Part shown: positions 23,640 to 35,888 of the stretch, piece after piece | Layout of the letters: each line of letters begins with the position of its first letter | Numbering within the stretch: the first letter of the stretch is position 1 | Assembly: GCF_000143415.4 (NCBI RefSeq) | Contig: NW_003314271.1 | Location: 2,347,185 to 2,411,184, forward strand | Direction: 5' to 3' | From: Selaginella moellendorffii | Lineage: Eukaryota; Plantae; Lycopodiophyta | Length of the DNA stretch: 64,000 nucleotides | Program-made: the position numbers and the translations under genes | Notes under the pieces: generated by a model | Told to the model about the DNA's origin: nothing | The model's input: only the letters and a program-made list of their open reading frames with translations | Database searches by the model: none

Positions 23640-26600
23640 CGGGTCTGTGGATTAACCAAGTCCAAAACTGCTGGATGACAGGAATGGTCCGAAAGGACTG
23701 ATGGAAGCATTTGGACTGAAGTGTGTGGTACCCCACGAAGGATGGGGGGGATCATAGGATCCAAGGATGAGAACAGAGGGTATCTCATCGATGGTAAAAT
23801 GTGTCATGCTAAAGTCGTGGGAAAGGTGTTCCCAAAAGAAAATAACTTTGACACAAAGTCGTGTGTGACCTCTATGGTGCAGTGCTAACGGATGCATAAG
23901 AAAGAGCGGTATTGGTCTTGGCAAAGACTTAAACACAAAAAAGAAGTGTCATAGAGGTAGGCTCGTGGAGCCGATGGTGTGGAGACACCAAAGGTGCCAA
24001 GGTGTGATACCTTGAGGCTATGTTGGTGGGTTCATGAGAACCCCTTGCCAAGGGAATCCCAATGGAAATGGGAATGGCATAGCCTAAGCTGCAGAGCATG
24101 CAATTGGAGTGTGGTGACCCAGATAATGGTGGAGGTGTGGAAGCACCAGCAATGAGTTGTAAGACTTGACAACTATGAGGCAACTAAGCGAGAGGTGCAA
24201 AATAATTGGTTAAACGGGTAGAAGGTAGCTACCCAAGCCTTTTTAATGGCATAAGGAAGTTGGATATACCCTTACAGGGGATAAGTTGCTTATGTTGTGA
24301 TATAGTAAGTCAATGTCATAAAAGGAAATATTCATTGTCAAAGAAGCCGTCATTGGGACACCCGAACACTCTAGAACACCAGGAGGTGGTGTTTGATGTC
24401 GCGAGGGCAATAGATAAGGCCCAAGGGACTAAGTCTCTAACGAATGATGGATAGAAGGTGCTATCCAAATGTCCAAGGTGGCGGAGACAGGAAAAGACTA
24501 TCTACTCGAATTGGATAAAGCCAAAAATAAAATTTTGGCAAGGCTAGTGATGGGCATGTAAGGGCCCATAAGCAACAACGTAATCCCAGTGTGTGGGATT
24601 ATAGGGTGAGCATACTTGGATTGAGGAACCACTCCCTAGGCTATTGGGTAGGTTCATCCCTAAGAATACTTGCTAAGGCATGATAGAAAGTGCAAAGCTA
24701 TCGTCCTAGTCGGGAGGAGAATGACCGAAAGAAAAGTGTGAAGCCAAAAGCAAGTAGTAAAGGGATAGAACCAAACCATAGGAATCGAAGGGCATAACCA
24801 AGGGTAGTTATGCCAGGTGGGAGTGGAGAATCAAGTGGGGGCTCGAGGGTGTTGTTGCTAGCAACTGTGATGCCATGGAGAGTATAAAATATGGAATAGT
24901 CCATATTAGACTATATGGCAACTAGAAAGCTTGCGGAAAGGGAAGCCTTAGCAAGCTAAGGGACAGAGTTCCTTCAAGGTTCCCAAAGACGATTCTAGGT
25001 AGCTTAGTACCTAGAAAGGCCAAGCGTAAATGGTTCAAGGAAAGCGTGAAATCAGAGTGGCGCAGCAGAAGCGTGGTCTTGAAGCTTGCCATGAGGCAAG
25101 GCTATCAAGGTTAGGGAAATAGTTCCCGAGTGTTCAAAGAGAGGGCTTTGAACGAAAGTCGATGATCAAGGGCTTTCACGCTTGTGCAAGAACCATGTTA
25201 CAGTGGTCGGAAGACTTGCCAAGTGAGATTGGCAAGTCAGGGGAACAAATACCCTAGTTGAAAGTGATAACTTCAAAAGGGGTGGGCCATGGGGCCAAGC
25301 ATGGAGGAGTCCATGCATGATCACAGACTTGTCAAGTGAGAGGACTTGGCAGTGTGGAAGAACTAGGTTCCTAAGCTGTGATCTATAGTGCGCTTTGAGT
25401 AAAAGTTGGTGCACCAGCGTGGAGAGTCACGCCAGGCATCCTAGGGGATGCCGTCCGTAGATGCATATACGGAGGTTGGGTTCGAGTCCCGACCCTCTAG
25501 TGCTTGGGTTCGAGTCCCAAATCACTAGGGCGTGGTGATGGTTTGGAATATGAGGACACTCATATTTTGGTGGTCATGGACTCTCAATGAGGAGATTGGC
25601 TTGGGCACACCGCCAAGTGGGGGATGCCCCGGAGTCGTGATGCACGGTTAGATTGTTTAGAGTGAAAGCTCAACATATCTAACTTGAACACTTTGGTGCA
25701 AAAGGCACCAAGGACGTGGTGAATGAGATGGGGACACCCAGTCTCAGTTGCTATGGATCCTTGGCCAGAAGGGCTAGCTTGGGCACACCGCCAAGTGTGG
25801 GGGATGCCCCCGGGGTCATAGTCAACAACTTAGTAAGGTCTGGAAGACCTAATTCCTATTGGTAGACCTATTAAGGGGTCAAGATGAGATCATTAGGTGA
25901 CCTTATGGCTAAACAAGGACAAAGTCTTTGTTTGGATTAAGGAATATGATTCCTAGTTCAAAGTGTTGATTTGAACTATTGATAAAGGTGTGGCTTGGTC
26001 AAGGTGACTAAGTGGGAAGGACACCTAAGGGAAATGAACTACTACAATACAATGGTATTATGAGTTCAAGAAAATAGTCTCCAGAGACAGGCCCATGGAT
26101 GGGTCACAAGGTTGGGCTAGGAACAGGGAGGTAATGATCCTATGTTGCTTGGTGCAACAATCCAAGGATAGGAGCAAAAGACGAGTGCCCAAGATAAGGC
26201 CGTGGAATCCATTGGAAAGAATCCAAGTGGCAAAGTTAGCCAAGGAACACTAATGTGTTTGATGCTAACAGATTGCGGAAAAAGAAGTGGACTTCCAAGG
26301 ATGGATTCCCAAGTGCTCCAATTTGGCAAAGGAAAGGCTCCAAGTGAGGGAGCAACTAAGTAGCCAAAAGATAGGGCCGTGGACAGCCTTAGCACAAATA
26401 ATGATAAATGGAACGTAATGCCAATGGTGGCACAAAAATAGAAAAGAGGATGAGGGTGCCCTCGAGTAGAGAACTTCTTAGGAGGGGAAGTGGAGTTGCA
26501 CAAAATGTGCAAGGCAAGGTGTCGGAGACACCTAGGAAATCGACTCCAAAACGTCAAGAGTAAACGTTCCAAAGTGCAAAGTTAGAGAGGGTGTCTCGAA

Positions 26601-28515
26601 CTCTTTTAGCGAGAACTGAACCAATAAAAAGGAGCAAACCACCCCAGGTGGTCAAGTGAGTCTCTAAGTTGGAGAGACTATCCTCCTTAGAGGATGGGCA
26701 AGGCATGGTGAGCCTTTGGTGTCGAACCATTGACGAATATGAAGAAGGTATGGTGAGCCTTCAATGTCAAACCATTGACAAATATTGGCTAGGGGCCAAG
26801 GATGGAAATGGTAACACATGCGGGTGTTACTTTATAAAATGGTTTACCGTTCGATGAGGACATCGAACTTCGTCTATGGGTGGTGGAGTTGTGAGACACA
26901 AAATCCCTAGGCCCCAAAGTGGAGCTGGAAAGGGTGCCACGTGGTAGTGGCCGAAGCGAAAGCCAAACAAGCGTAACACATTTGGACTAAAAGCTCCGAC
27001 TTGGAAGGTCAAGAGCGGGAGTGGAACTCCCAACAAAGTGCTCGAGGAACAAGCACGAAGCGAGCAATAAGCAAGGCTCCAAAAAGGGACCCAAAAAGGA
27101 CCAACACATGACACGTGGAAGTGTCCAAGGTGGAGTCCGAGGTGGAGTCCGAGATGGAGTCCAAGATGGAGTCCAAAGTGGAGTCCGAGATGGACCGAGA
27201 CGGAGTCCGAGATGGACCGAGACGAAGTCCGAGATGGACCGAGACGGAGTCCGAGATGGAGTCCGAGATGGACCCGAGATGGAGTCCGAGATGGAGTCCG
27301 AAGTGGAGTCCGAGATGGAGTCCGAGATGGACCGAGATGGAGTCCGAGATGGACCCGAGACGGAATCCAAGATGGAGTCCGAGAAAGACCCGAGATGAAG
27401 TCCGAGGTCGAGACCGAGACCGGGACCAAGACCGAGACCGAGGCAGAGGCGGAGGCCGAGGCCGAGTCCGAGTCCAAGTCCGAGTCCGAGTCCAAGTCCG
27501 AGTCCGAGTTCGAGTCTGAGAGGGTGAAAGCCCAAAGCGTTCGTCTCCCAGACCCTGGGGGGTTTGGTGAGCTCCAAAAGTATAGTAAGGGGGAGGACTG
27601 CAGTGGAGCCAGTTTGGCCAGGAAAGGCCAATTTGGCCCAAGAAGGCCAGACCCAGTGTTGGGTGATGAACTGACCACTAGGAAGTCCAAGACTAGAGTG
27701 AATACAAATTGACAAGCGGGGTAGCTTGGTGAAGTGTTCAAGAGCCGGCTCTAGTCCCCCCGAGAGATCGACTGGCCGATGCTCCCAGTCCAAGTGTGGG
27801 TGGCACTACCTACTTGGATACCAGGCGTGGCTCAACGGAACCTCACTCTAAGCCCATGGCTAGAGCACCTAAAGGCGGAAGGTGGGGAGAGTACCCACGG
27901 GGCTCGCATAGGCCCACGGTGTTTCGAAATGTTGTCCTGGAGTCCCAAATGGAGAAAGGAGGAAGAGCAGTCCTCTAGTGTGGTGACTAAGGATACAGTC
28001 ACATGGTGAGGAAGCCACGGAGGACCATGGGACTTAGTGGTCGGGCCTGTGGGCCTTGATCGAGTGGCAGTGTTGGCGAACATGGCCATGGACAGAAAAG
28101 GGACTTGGTAGGAACTGACAAAGGGATATTGGGGAATGCTATTCTCCATGTCTGTGGGCATCCTAAGGATGCTAAAGAGTGGATCTGGGTCGACCACTCG
28201 TGGACGGATGGCCCAATCTTGGAGAGACGGGATTGTGATGCAAGTGGTATTGGACCACTAGTGCGGCAAAGGTGAATGGGCATGGCCTTAGCGTAACGGG
28301 CCGATATGTTAGTGGTGCCTTTGGGTGTCGGTCTTGGGACCAGACACGTGGAGCACTTGGACTAAGTGCAAGCGATGAGTGGCATGGATGCCATTCTTGG
28401 GCTAGCAAGCCCCAAGTCCTGAATTGGACTTAAGGAGGTTGTGAATGAGACTCCTCCAAGCGGTTGAAGGTGTGGTTAAGTGACTAAAGTAGAATGGAAA
28501 AATTAGTCACTTACA
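23640..28515 (+). mobile_element. Family E copy 1: non-coding internal region plus 3' LTR (26890-28515), related to B
   Basis: Same pre-LTR GTTCGATG..CATCGAACTT..TATGGGTGGTGGAGT as B; LTR TGTGAG...CTTACA; shares the 3' structured module (25430-25830) with B. Confidence 0.8.
27125..27520. repeat. Expanded GAGTCC/GAGATG minisatellite in the E LTR
   Basis: Tandem gagtccgagatg units, reverse complement of the B LTR unit type; source of the low-complexity 200-300 aa ORFs. Confidence 0.9.
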
Positions 28516-28539
28516 TGAACATTCTCTAGATTTGGCAAA

Positions 28540-30315
28540 ATAGAGCTATTGCTATGGAATCAAAATAATACCTCAAGGATGGAGGTAATGATTCTATGTT
28601 GCTTGGGGCAACAATCAAAGGATAGAAGCAGAAGACTAGAGGCTAAGAATGGGCCATGGAAATCATTAGAAGGAATCCAAAAGAAAAAGTTAGGTGAGAA
28701 ACACTCATATGTTTGGTACTAACAGATTATGGAAAGGGAAATATATTTCTCATGATGGATTTCTAAATATTCTAATTTTGCGGAGCAAAAGCTCCAAGGG
28801 AGGGAGCAGCAAGGTAACCAAATGATAAGGCCGTAAACAACCCTAGCATAAACTATAGAAAGATAAAACTTAGTGTCTAGAATGGCACGAAATAGAATAG
28901 AAGATGATGGTGCCCTTTAGTAAAGAACTTCCTAAGATGGGGAAGTTGAGTTTCCACAACATGTGCAATGCAAGGTGTCAAAGACACCTAGGAAATTAAC
29001 TGTAAAAAATCAAAATTAAAAGTTCCAAAGTGCGATAGTTATGCTGGTAGAGGCCGAGGCTATTCTTGAATAAGTAGTCAAATTGAAATAAAGACGATGT
29101 CTCTAATGCATTTAGCATGAACTAAACAAACAAAAGGGGAAGGACCACCATAAGTGGTCTAATAAGTTTCTAAATTGGAAACACTATACTCCTTAGAGGA
29201 TGGACAAGGCATGGTGAGCTTTCAATGTCAAACCATTGACGAATATTAGTTAGGTGCCAAGGATAGAAAAGGTAATACATGTTAGTGTTGTTTTATAAAA
29301 TGGTTTATCGTTTGATAAGGATGTTGAACTTCGTCTATGGGTAGTGGAGTTGTGAGACACAAATCCTAGAGCCCCAAAAGTAGAGCCGAAAGAATGCCAT
29401 ATGGTAGTGGCCGAAGTGGAAGCCAAACGAGAGTAATATGTTTGGACTAAAAGCTCCAACTTGGATAGTCAAGAGTGGGAGTGGAACTCCCAATGAAGTG
29501 CTCGAGGAATGAGCACAAAGCAAGCAGTAAATGAGTCTCTAGAAAAAGGACACAAGAGGACTAACACATGACATGTGAAGAAGTTTGAAATAGACCCAAA
29601 GTGGAGTCCAAGATGGAGTTCAAGATAGACCTGAGATGGAATTTGAGATAGAGTTCGAGAGCACCCAAATAGAGCACCCAAATGCAAAAGGTGAAGAGAG
29701 TACCCATAAGGTTCATATAGGGCCATAGTGTTCCGAAATGTTATTTTAAAGTCCTAGACCATGGAAAGGAAGAAGGCAACCTTCTAGTGTAATGACCAAG
29801 GATATGGTCACATGGTGATGAAGTCCTAAAGGACAGTGGGACTTAGTGGTCAGGCCAGTGGGCCTTAACTCAATGGTAGTATTGGCGAACACGGCCATAG
29901 ACAAAAAGAGACTTGGTGAAGACTAAAAAAGGGGTATTGGGGAAAATTGTTTCCCATGTTTGTGGGCATTCTAAGGATGCTAAAGAGTGGATCTGGGATG
30001 ACAATTCATAGACGGATGGCCCAATCTTTGAGAGATGGGACTGTGATGCAAATGGTATGTGACCACCAGTGTGGCAAAGGTAAATAGGCATGGCTTTAGT
30101 GTAATGGGCTGATATGTCGGTGGTACCTTTAAATGTCGATCATGGGATGGAGCACTTGGACCAAGTGTAAAGGTTGAGTGGCATGGATGTTATTCTCAAG
30201 GCCAGCAAGCTCCAAGTCTGAAACAAAACTTATGGAGGTTGTGAGTGAGACTCCTCCAAATGGTTGAAGGTGTGGTTAAGAGACTAAAGTAAAATGAAAA
30301 ATTTAGTCACTTACA
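28540..30315 (+). mobile_element. Family E copy 2: older 3' internal fragment plus internally deleted LTR (29351-30315)
   Basis: Collinear with ~26060-28515, more AT-shifted; TGTGAGAC...CACTTACA. Confidence 0.82.
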
Positions 30316-31184
30316 CAATAATAGAAGAAATTTACTATCCTAAATGGTACAAGGGGTGCAAGAAGATGGCATTGCTCCTATAAACCAAAGTCTAAGAGCA
30401 CTCCATATATCATATTCAGTGATTATGAGCCTCTAGATCTAGTCAAATTGGACAATCCACTAGCTTCACTTGTTCACTAGGAGGGACTGGAAAAGTATTG
30501 TGAGTGCAAGTGAAAAATTGGTTCAACTAGTTGGCCAAGTTAAGTGGGCTTAGAACATGGGATACATAAGAGCAAATTGCTAAGTTAAACTTAGAGTTGA
30601 AGCACTTAAATTTACTTCAACAAGTGTGCCAAAAGTGGCTATGGTGTCATGGAAAAGAGGAACACTATCATATATCATTGGGCAAAATTCTTCATGATTG
30701 AGAAGAAATAATTAGACCTAAAGTTGGCACTACAGATGCTTGTGAATTATACTGCTACTAGAATAGATATGATACTTAAGCTTACTCAAACCCGATTGTG
30801 ATAGGGATGTGCTTCTTCTTCCAACCTCATATGATGGCTATAATAGTGGTTACTATGTTAACCCTTGTGATCGCCTTGCCATAATCTTGGGACATCGAGG
30901 GAGCCTCAAGGGCTTTTTGCTGAAGTGCAATATAATAACCATTGGCCATGAGGCTCAAGTTGTCCACAAAGGGTTGCATCATAGTTTATTGTTGCTTCAT
31001 AGGGCATTGCTCTGGGTGTAGCTTTTAGCAATGATCATCATTATGAGTTTGAAGGTATATCTTGAAAGAGTAGAGTTCCTCTAAAAGCCACTCTTACTAT
31101 TTTTCTTAGAGTATAAAGTTTTGCTACTGCTACAATAACAAAACCTTATATTGTTAAAGCTTTAATGATTGTTAAATGAAGATG

Positions 31185-32231
31185 TGTTTATGCCACTTTA
31201 CATTTCCACTTGGTTCAAGTACTCCACGTGTTCAATTTCACTACAAACACTCAAAGTACCACTGACATAAAGGCTATATCCATTCACCATTGTCTCATTG
31301 GTAGTCCAAAACCACTCATACCATAGACTTATTTCCCAAGGATTGCGCCACTCGTCTATGAGTGGTCATCCCATAATTACAGTTAACATCCTTAGGATAC
31401 CTAGAGACATGGGGAACACCCTTCCCTAATATCCCTTCTTCAGTCCCCACTAAGTTCCATATCATTCATGGTAGTGCTCATTAATACGGCTACTGAGTTA
31501 GAGCCCAAAGGCCCAACCATTATGTCCCATTGACATTTAAGACTTCCTCACCACGTGACCATACCCTTAGTCACTACACAAAAGAACTACTCCTCTTCCT
31601 TTCTATAAACTAAGACTTTGGGATGATATTTTAAAACACTATGACCCTATGTGAACCATATAGGTACTCTCCCCACTTTTCAACTTTGGGTTCTTTAGCT
31701 ATGTGGCTAGAACAAAGTTTTAATGAGCCATATTAGGTAGTGCCACTCACACTTAGATTGGGAGCATTGACCTTTCAATCTCTTAGGGCAATTAGAGTTG
31801 GCTCTTGAACATTTCACTAATTTACCCTATTTGTCCATTTATGTTTACTCTAGCATTGGACTCCTCAATAGTTATATCATCACCCACCATGTAGATATAA
31901 CCTTCCTATGTTATAATGGGGTTTGGACTCCAAAAGAACTAATTTAGCTAGGAAAGGCCACACTCTCCCTATTATACTTTTGAAACCCCCCCAACCCCCT
32001 TGCCTCAGGATGATCACTTTGGGCTTTCACCCCATGATTTGTATTAGTGTTCAAACTCACTCCCAGACTCAAATTCGGACTCAAACTCAGACTCAATCTC
32101 GGTCTTGATCTCAGTCTCAGACTCCTTCTTGATCCATCTTGGACTCTATCTCGAACTCCTACTCGATCCATCTCAAACTTTATCTTGGCCTCCTTTTTAG
32201 ACTCCATTTCAAACCCATCTCAAACTCCATC
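31185..32231 (-). mobile_element. Decayed family E LTR fragment, cut in its minisatellite by element D
   Basis: Reverse-complement similarity to ~27300-28390; degenerate satellite at 32050-32230. Confidence 0.7.
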
Positions 32232-34070
32232 TGTCGCAAATATGACTTTAGGTATTGAAATATATTTATCGGCCAGTCCTTACCTCCTTACTGCCATAAC
32301 TGCAGAAGGTCGATATTGCTGGTTCATTTTAATAGCCCCTCTTGTTCAAGTGTTAGTAAACTAGACTTAGCATCTGTACTTGGTCGGATGAGCATAAGGA
32401 AGGAATTCTTAAGTGTCTATTTACCCAAGCATACTTAATCCGACTTGTTAATTCTCTTTTACTCTATCTTGCACTAGCTTAGCAAAAACCTTCGCATATT
32501 GAGTCTAATCCCTCAATATCACTACATGATAACTTACTGTGTTTGCCAAACACCCTTGTTCTCATGCCTTTTGTGTTAATCTCATTTCAATCCCAAAAAA
32601 TATTTATGGAAATAGTCTAGACTCACTCATTTGGCACATCTATGAAATGTAGAAATTGTCCTGAACACAATGGTGTTCATCCTATATTCAAATTCGCAAT
32701 CTAAGGACATTCCATGTTTAGTAAATTTAGAGCTTGTCTCAAAGACTAACTCTTGGTACTAAGGGAGGCTTAGGGTGACAGCCCAAAACATGTGTTCCTC
32801 AAGGGGGGGGGGGGTTCCAAATGTATAATAGAGATAGTGGTTGGAATGCATATCTAACCACTTAAGACATTAGTTTAGCTCCCATTGGGCTATGCCACTC
32901 CTTGTTCTGTATCTGACTTGGGTCTAAGCCTAAGCTTCATGCTCCTCTAGTTGCTAAGGCACCCTCCTCCTTGTGTTAGGCTACTGGTATGCCAAAATTG
33001 TGCCAAACACTATCTGATACCATTTTGCGTGTAGGTGTTGGATACAGGGAGTTTTTGTTCGTGGGATTGTACTAGACTCTCGTTTCATAGTGCAACAGGC
33101 TTGGAGTTCGGGTCCAAATTTAGGTGCGTTACATTTGGTATCAGAAGAATAGTCTCAACGATCCCTATCCAACTTTTATTGGATTTTCTGACTCAAGTTA
33201 CATATGTAGAGATTTTTCTAGTAGATCCAAAGTGACATGTATAAGATTAGTTAGATTGCACCATTCGATAAGAATGTTGTATACATGTTCAATTACTGAT
33301 AGAGGCATACATGTAGCTAGCGAGATGGTGAAAAGGAACCATGCTGATGACACTAAAACCTCTAGACAGGGGAATCAAGAGGAGGAAAATTCTGCTAGAG
33401 ATGCTACGAAAGAGGTTGAGGCTAAGTCAGAAGAGGAAGAAATAAACACTGCAACACTATAGTATATGGCTCAGAAAGTCAAAATCGAGAATTTGCGAAG
33501 GGAAATTTGTAAGTTGAAGAAAGAGAACAAAAAGAGGAAGAAAGAAGCTGAGGCAGCTAAACCAGCTAAACCTAAGAAATCAGACTCTTTTTCAAGTTTT
33601 GAGGACGATGAAGTTTTGCAACCCCCTTCAGTTGCACTAGTTTCAAAGTTCAAGCCTCCAAAACCACCCAATTTCAAGGGCATGTAGGACTATTAGGTTT
33701 TGGAAGACTATATAGAAAATTATTTCATAGAAACAAACATAGATAATCGTACAAAAGTTACATGTGTGCAAGCCTTTCTCACCGATCATGCCAAAACTTG
33801 GTGGTGCCAAGTATGTGCTGAAAAAGGGCAGACTAAAAGTTGGACTAAGTTGCAGTCTCGTATCCACAAGGAATATTTGTCGGATGATCTTGGTCTAAAA
33901 CTTCACATAGAGTTGTGGCGGTTAAAAGTAAAAAGGGGATCTTATGTATTACATTAATGCGTTTGCTCAAAAACGCACTATAATTGCCAATATAAGTGAT
34001 GAAGATGCTTGGAGTTATTTCCTAGAGGGTTTAAGTTCACTTTCTCACAATGAGATTTTGAAGTTTAATA
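32232..34070 (+). mobile_element. Element D: C-like LTR (32232-33133), iMet PBS (33136-33145) and truncated gag pseudogene (~33324-34070)
   Basis: LTR 5' two-thirds homologous to C LTRs; gag SKFKPPKPPNFKG...AFLTDHAKTWW aligns to B gag PKYKPKPPPVFKG...PYLADNAKSWW. Confidence 0.85.
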
Positions 34071-34215
34071 GAATACCTAGATTATTTTCATCTCTCTAGT
34101 AGTAAGTATGAAGAGAAAAATGAGAGGCGTGTTGGTTAAAGACATCCACCATCTCAAAGACTACCCAGTCTTTGATTCACAGGCATCACAGTAGGCTTTT
34201 GTTACATTTGGGAGC

Positions 34216-34877
34216 ATGGAGGAACTCATGGCCTTCTTGCGACAGTAGCATCTGCTCTGCCCACGCGGCTGCAATCCTTCGGCACTCACCAAGTTTGACT
34301 ATTTTGAAAACCACTGATCCAAGCACGCTACAAGTGCACGGTGTGCAAACAGCACTTCACCCTAGGTGGAACAACACGAGCGAAACGAGCCAAGAAGGAA
34401 GATGGTGGTTGTCCAAGAAAGAGACCCAAGAAGGAGCAGCAGCAAAAGAAGTCAAGGGGGCAGTGTCTTCCTTGCGCGATAGAGGTGGGTCAATGCCCTA
34501 GTCAGCGCCGGGATCAATCGTTGCCAGTCAACGCTTGTGACCTCGAGGGATACATGCAAGGCAAGGAGATTTTCCAGGAGGTTCAGAAATTGAAAATGGA
34601 TTTGGAGGACAAGGGCCCTTCCGTGGAGGACGAGGAGAACTTTCTCAGGGATTTCAAAGTTGATGATGGTGATGATCTAGATTTACTACTGGGTCTTGAG
34701 GAGTTCAGCGACCCACAGGGCCAAGGCACTCGATTCGATTTGGGTGAGGAGTAAAACGATTCTGTCATGGAGCTGGAGCAGCAAATGGAGGAAGAATTTC
34801 CAATAGATGAGGAGAGTAATTTCACCATGGAGTTGGAGTGGGAAATTGAGGAAGCATTTGCCGTGGTAAATGAGTAA
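34216..34877 (+). pseudogene. Divergent Dof zinc-finger transcription factor pseudogene with acidic C-terminus
   Basis: CPRGCNPSALTKFDYFENH/LIQARYKCTVCKQHFTLGGTTR versus Dof consensus CPRCxSxxTKFCYxNNY..QPRYFCKxCRRYWTxGGxLR; TAG near 34246, frameshift near 34313, TAA at 34752. Confidence 0.75.
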
Positions 34878-35196
34878 GCAATGGTCGTTTGGAGGGATGA
34901 AGTGTGCAACATCTGGAGTCAAAACAATCTCATATTCACCACAAATCACACTGGTTTTAAAAGTGCCCAAACTCACGTATGCTGATCAATCAGCAAAAAT
35001 GGACGATAAAAGAACATCCTTGTAAGAAGCAGCTCCTAAAGAGAAAAAAGAAAAAAACATTGTTCTCACAGCATTGTTTTTACAATATGCTTTATTACTT
35101 TTGCATCACTTCCAAAAAATGAATAAACCATAGATTAATTTCAGTTTAAGCCAGACAAAAAGGTCGATCACTTGTCAAACGGCTTGGGAGCGCTGA

Positions 35197-35763
35197 TTAT
35201 GTAGACTCGAATCCAATCCCTTTGCACACAATGGTCCGGTTGTTCTTGTTCAGGAGAGCACAGTTCGTGTACTTGATCGTGCAGCAATTATCGCAGCAAT
35301 CGACAATCACCACGCCGCCACACTTGACAAGAGTGTCCGTTAAGGAAAACAGGGGGCACCAGCTGCCTCGACCCTTGCAAGCCACGCTTACGTTCCTGTA
35401 GTGCAGCGAGCAGTCGCTGTGCAGCAGTTCTGGCACTGATCGTAGCTGACGAACGTCGGGCAATCGAGATAAATCCGGCGAAACACTCCTTTGGTGCAAG
35501 CAACACCTTGCGCAACTGCAAATCCACAAGTCTAAGCGCGAGAGAGAAAGAGAGAACCAAGCAAACTTCCAAATGCCTGTCCTGTGATAAAAAAGGAAGT
35601 TTTAAATTAGCAGATGCTGTAAATACAAAAGATAATTTGTACCTGAGATTAGAAGCAAGAGGCCGGGGTCTTCATACTGTGTCAATGCGAGCAGCACTTT
35701 CTTCCGCTGGAAGGGCCTTTCCAGCTTGGATTCCTTGAGCAAATTTGCCTTCCCATCTGTCAT
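35197..35763 (-). pseudogene. Two-domain potato type II (Pin-II/I20) proteinase-inhibitor-like gene, frameshifted
   Basis: Hydrophobic LLLLISG exon with phase-1 intron (35582-35642), 15-nt exon 35567-35581, intron 35516-35566; domains ACTK..YLDCP..CQNCCT/DCSL..VACKG and WCPL..VKC..CDNCCT..NCAL..IVCKG. Confidence 0.6.
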
Positions 35764-35888
35764 CGCAAATTTCAGATAATTTAAGAGGTTGGTGTTACCA
35801 AATTCGTAGACAGTTCCTGCTCAACTGAAACACCAAGGCAGCAACGCATAATGCGGTTTAGTTTAAAAGAGAAATAAAATGCGAAATG

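Noticed and set aside
26827-27793. Several 125-304 aa ORFs on both strands
   Set aside because: Low-complexity translations of the stop-free LTR minisatellite; not a gene, and not a CRISPR array (no unique spacers)
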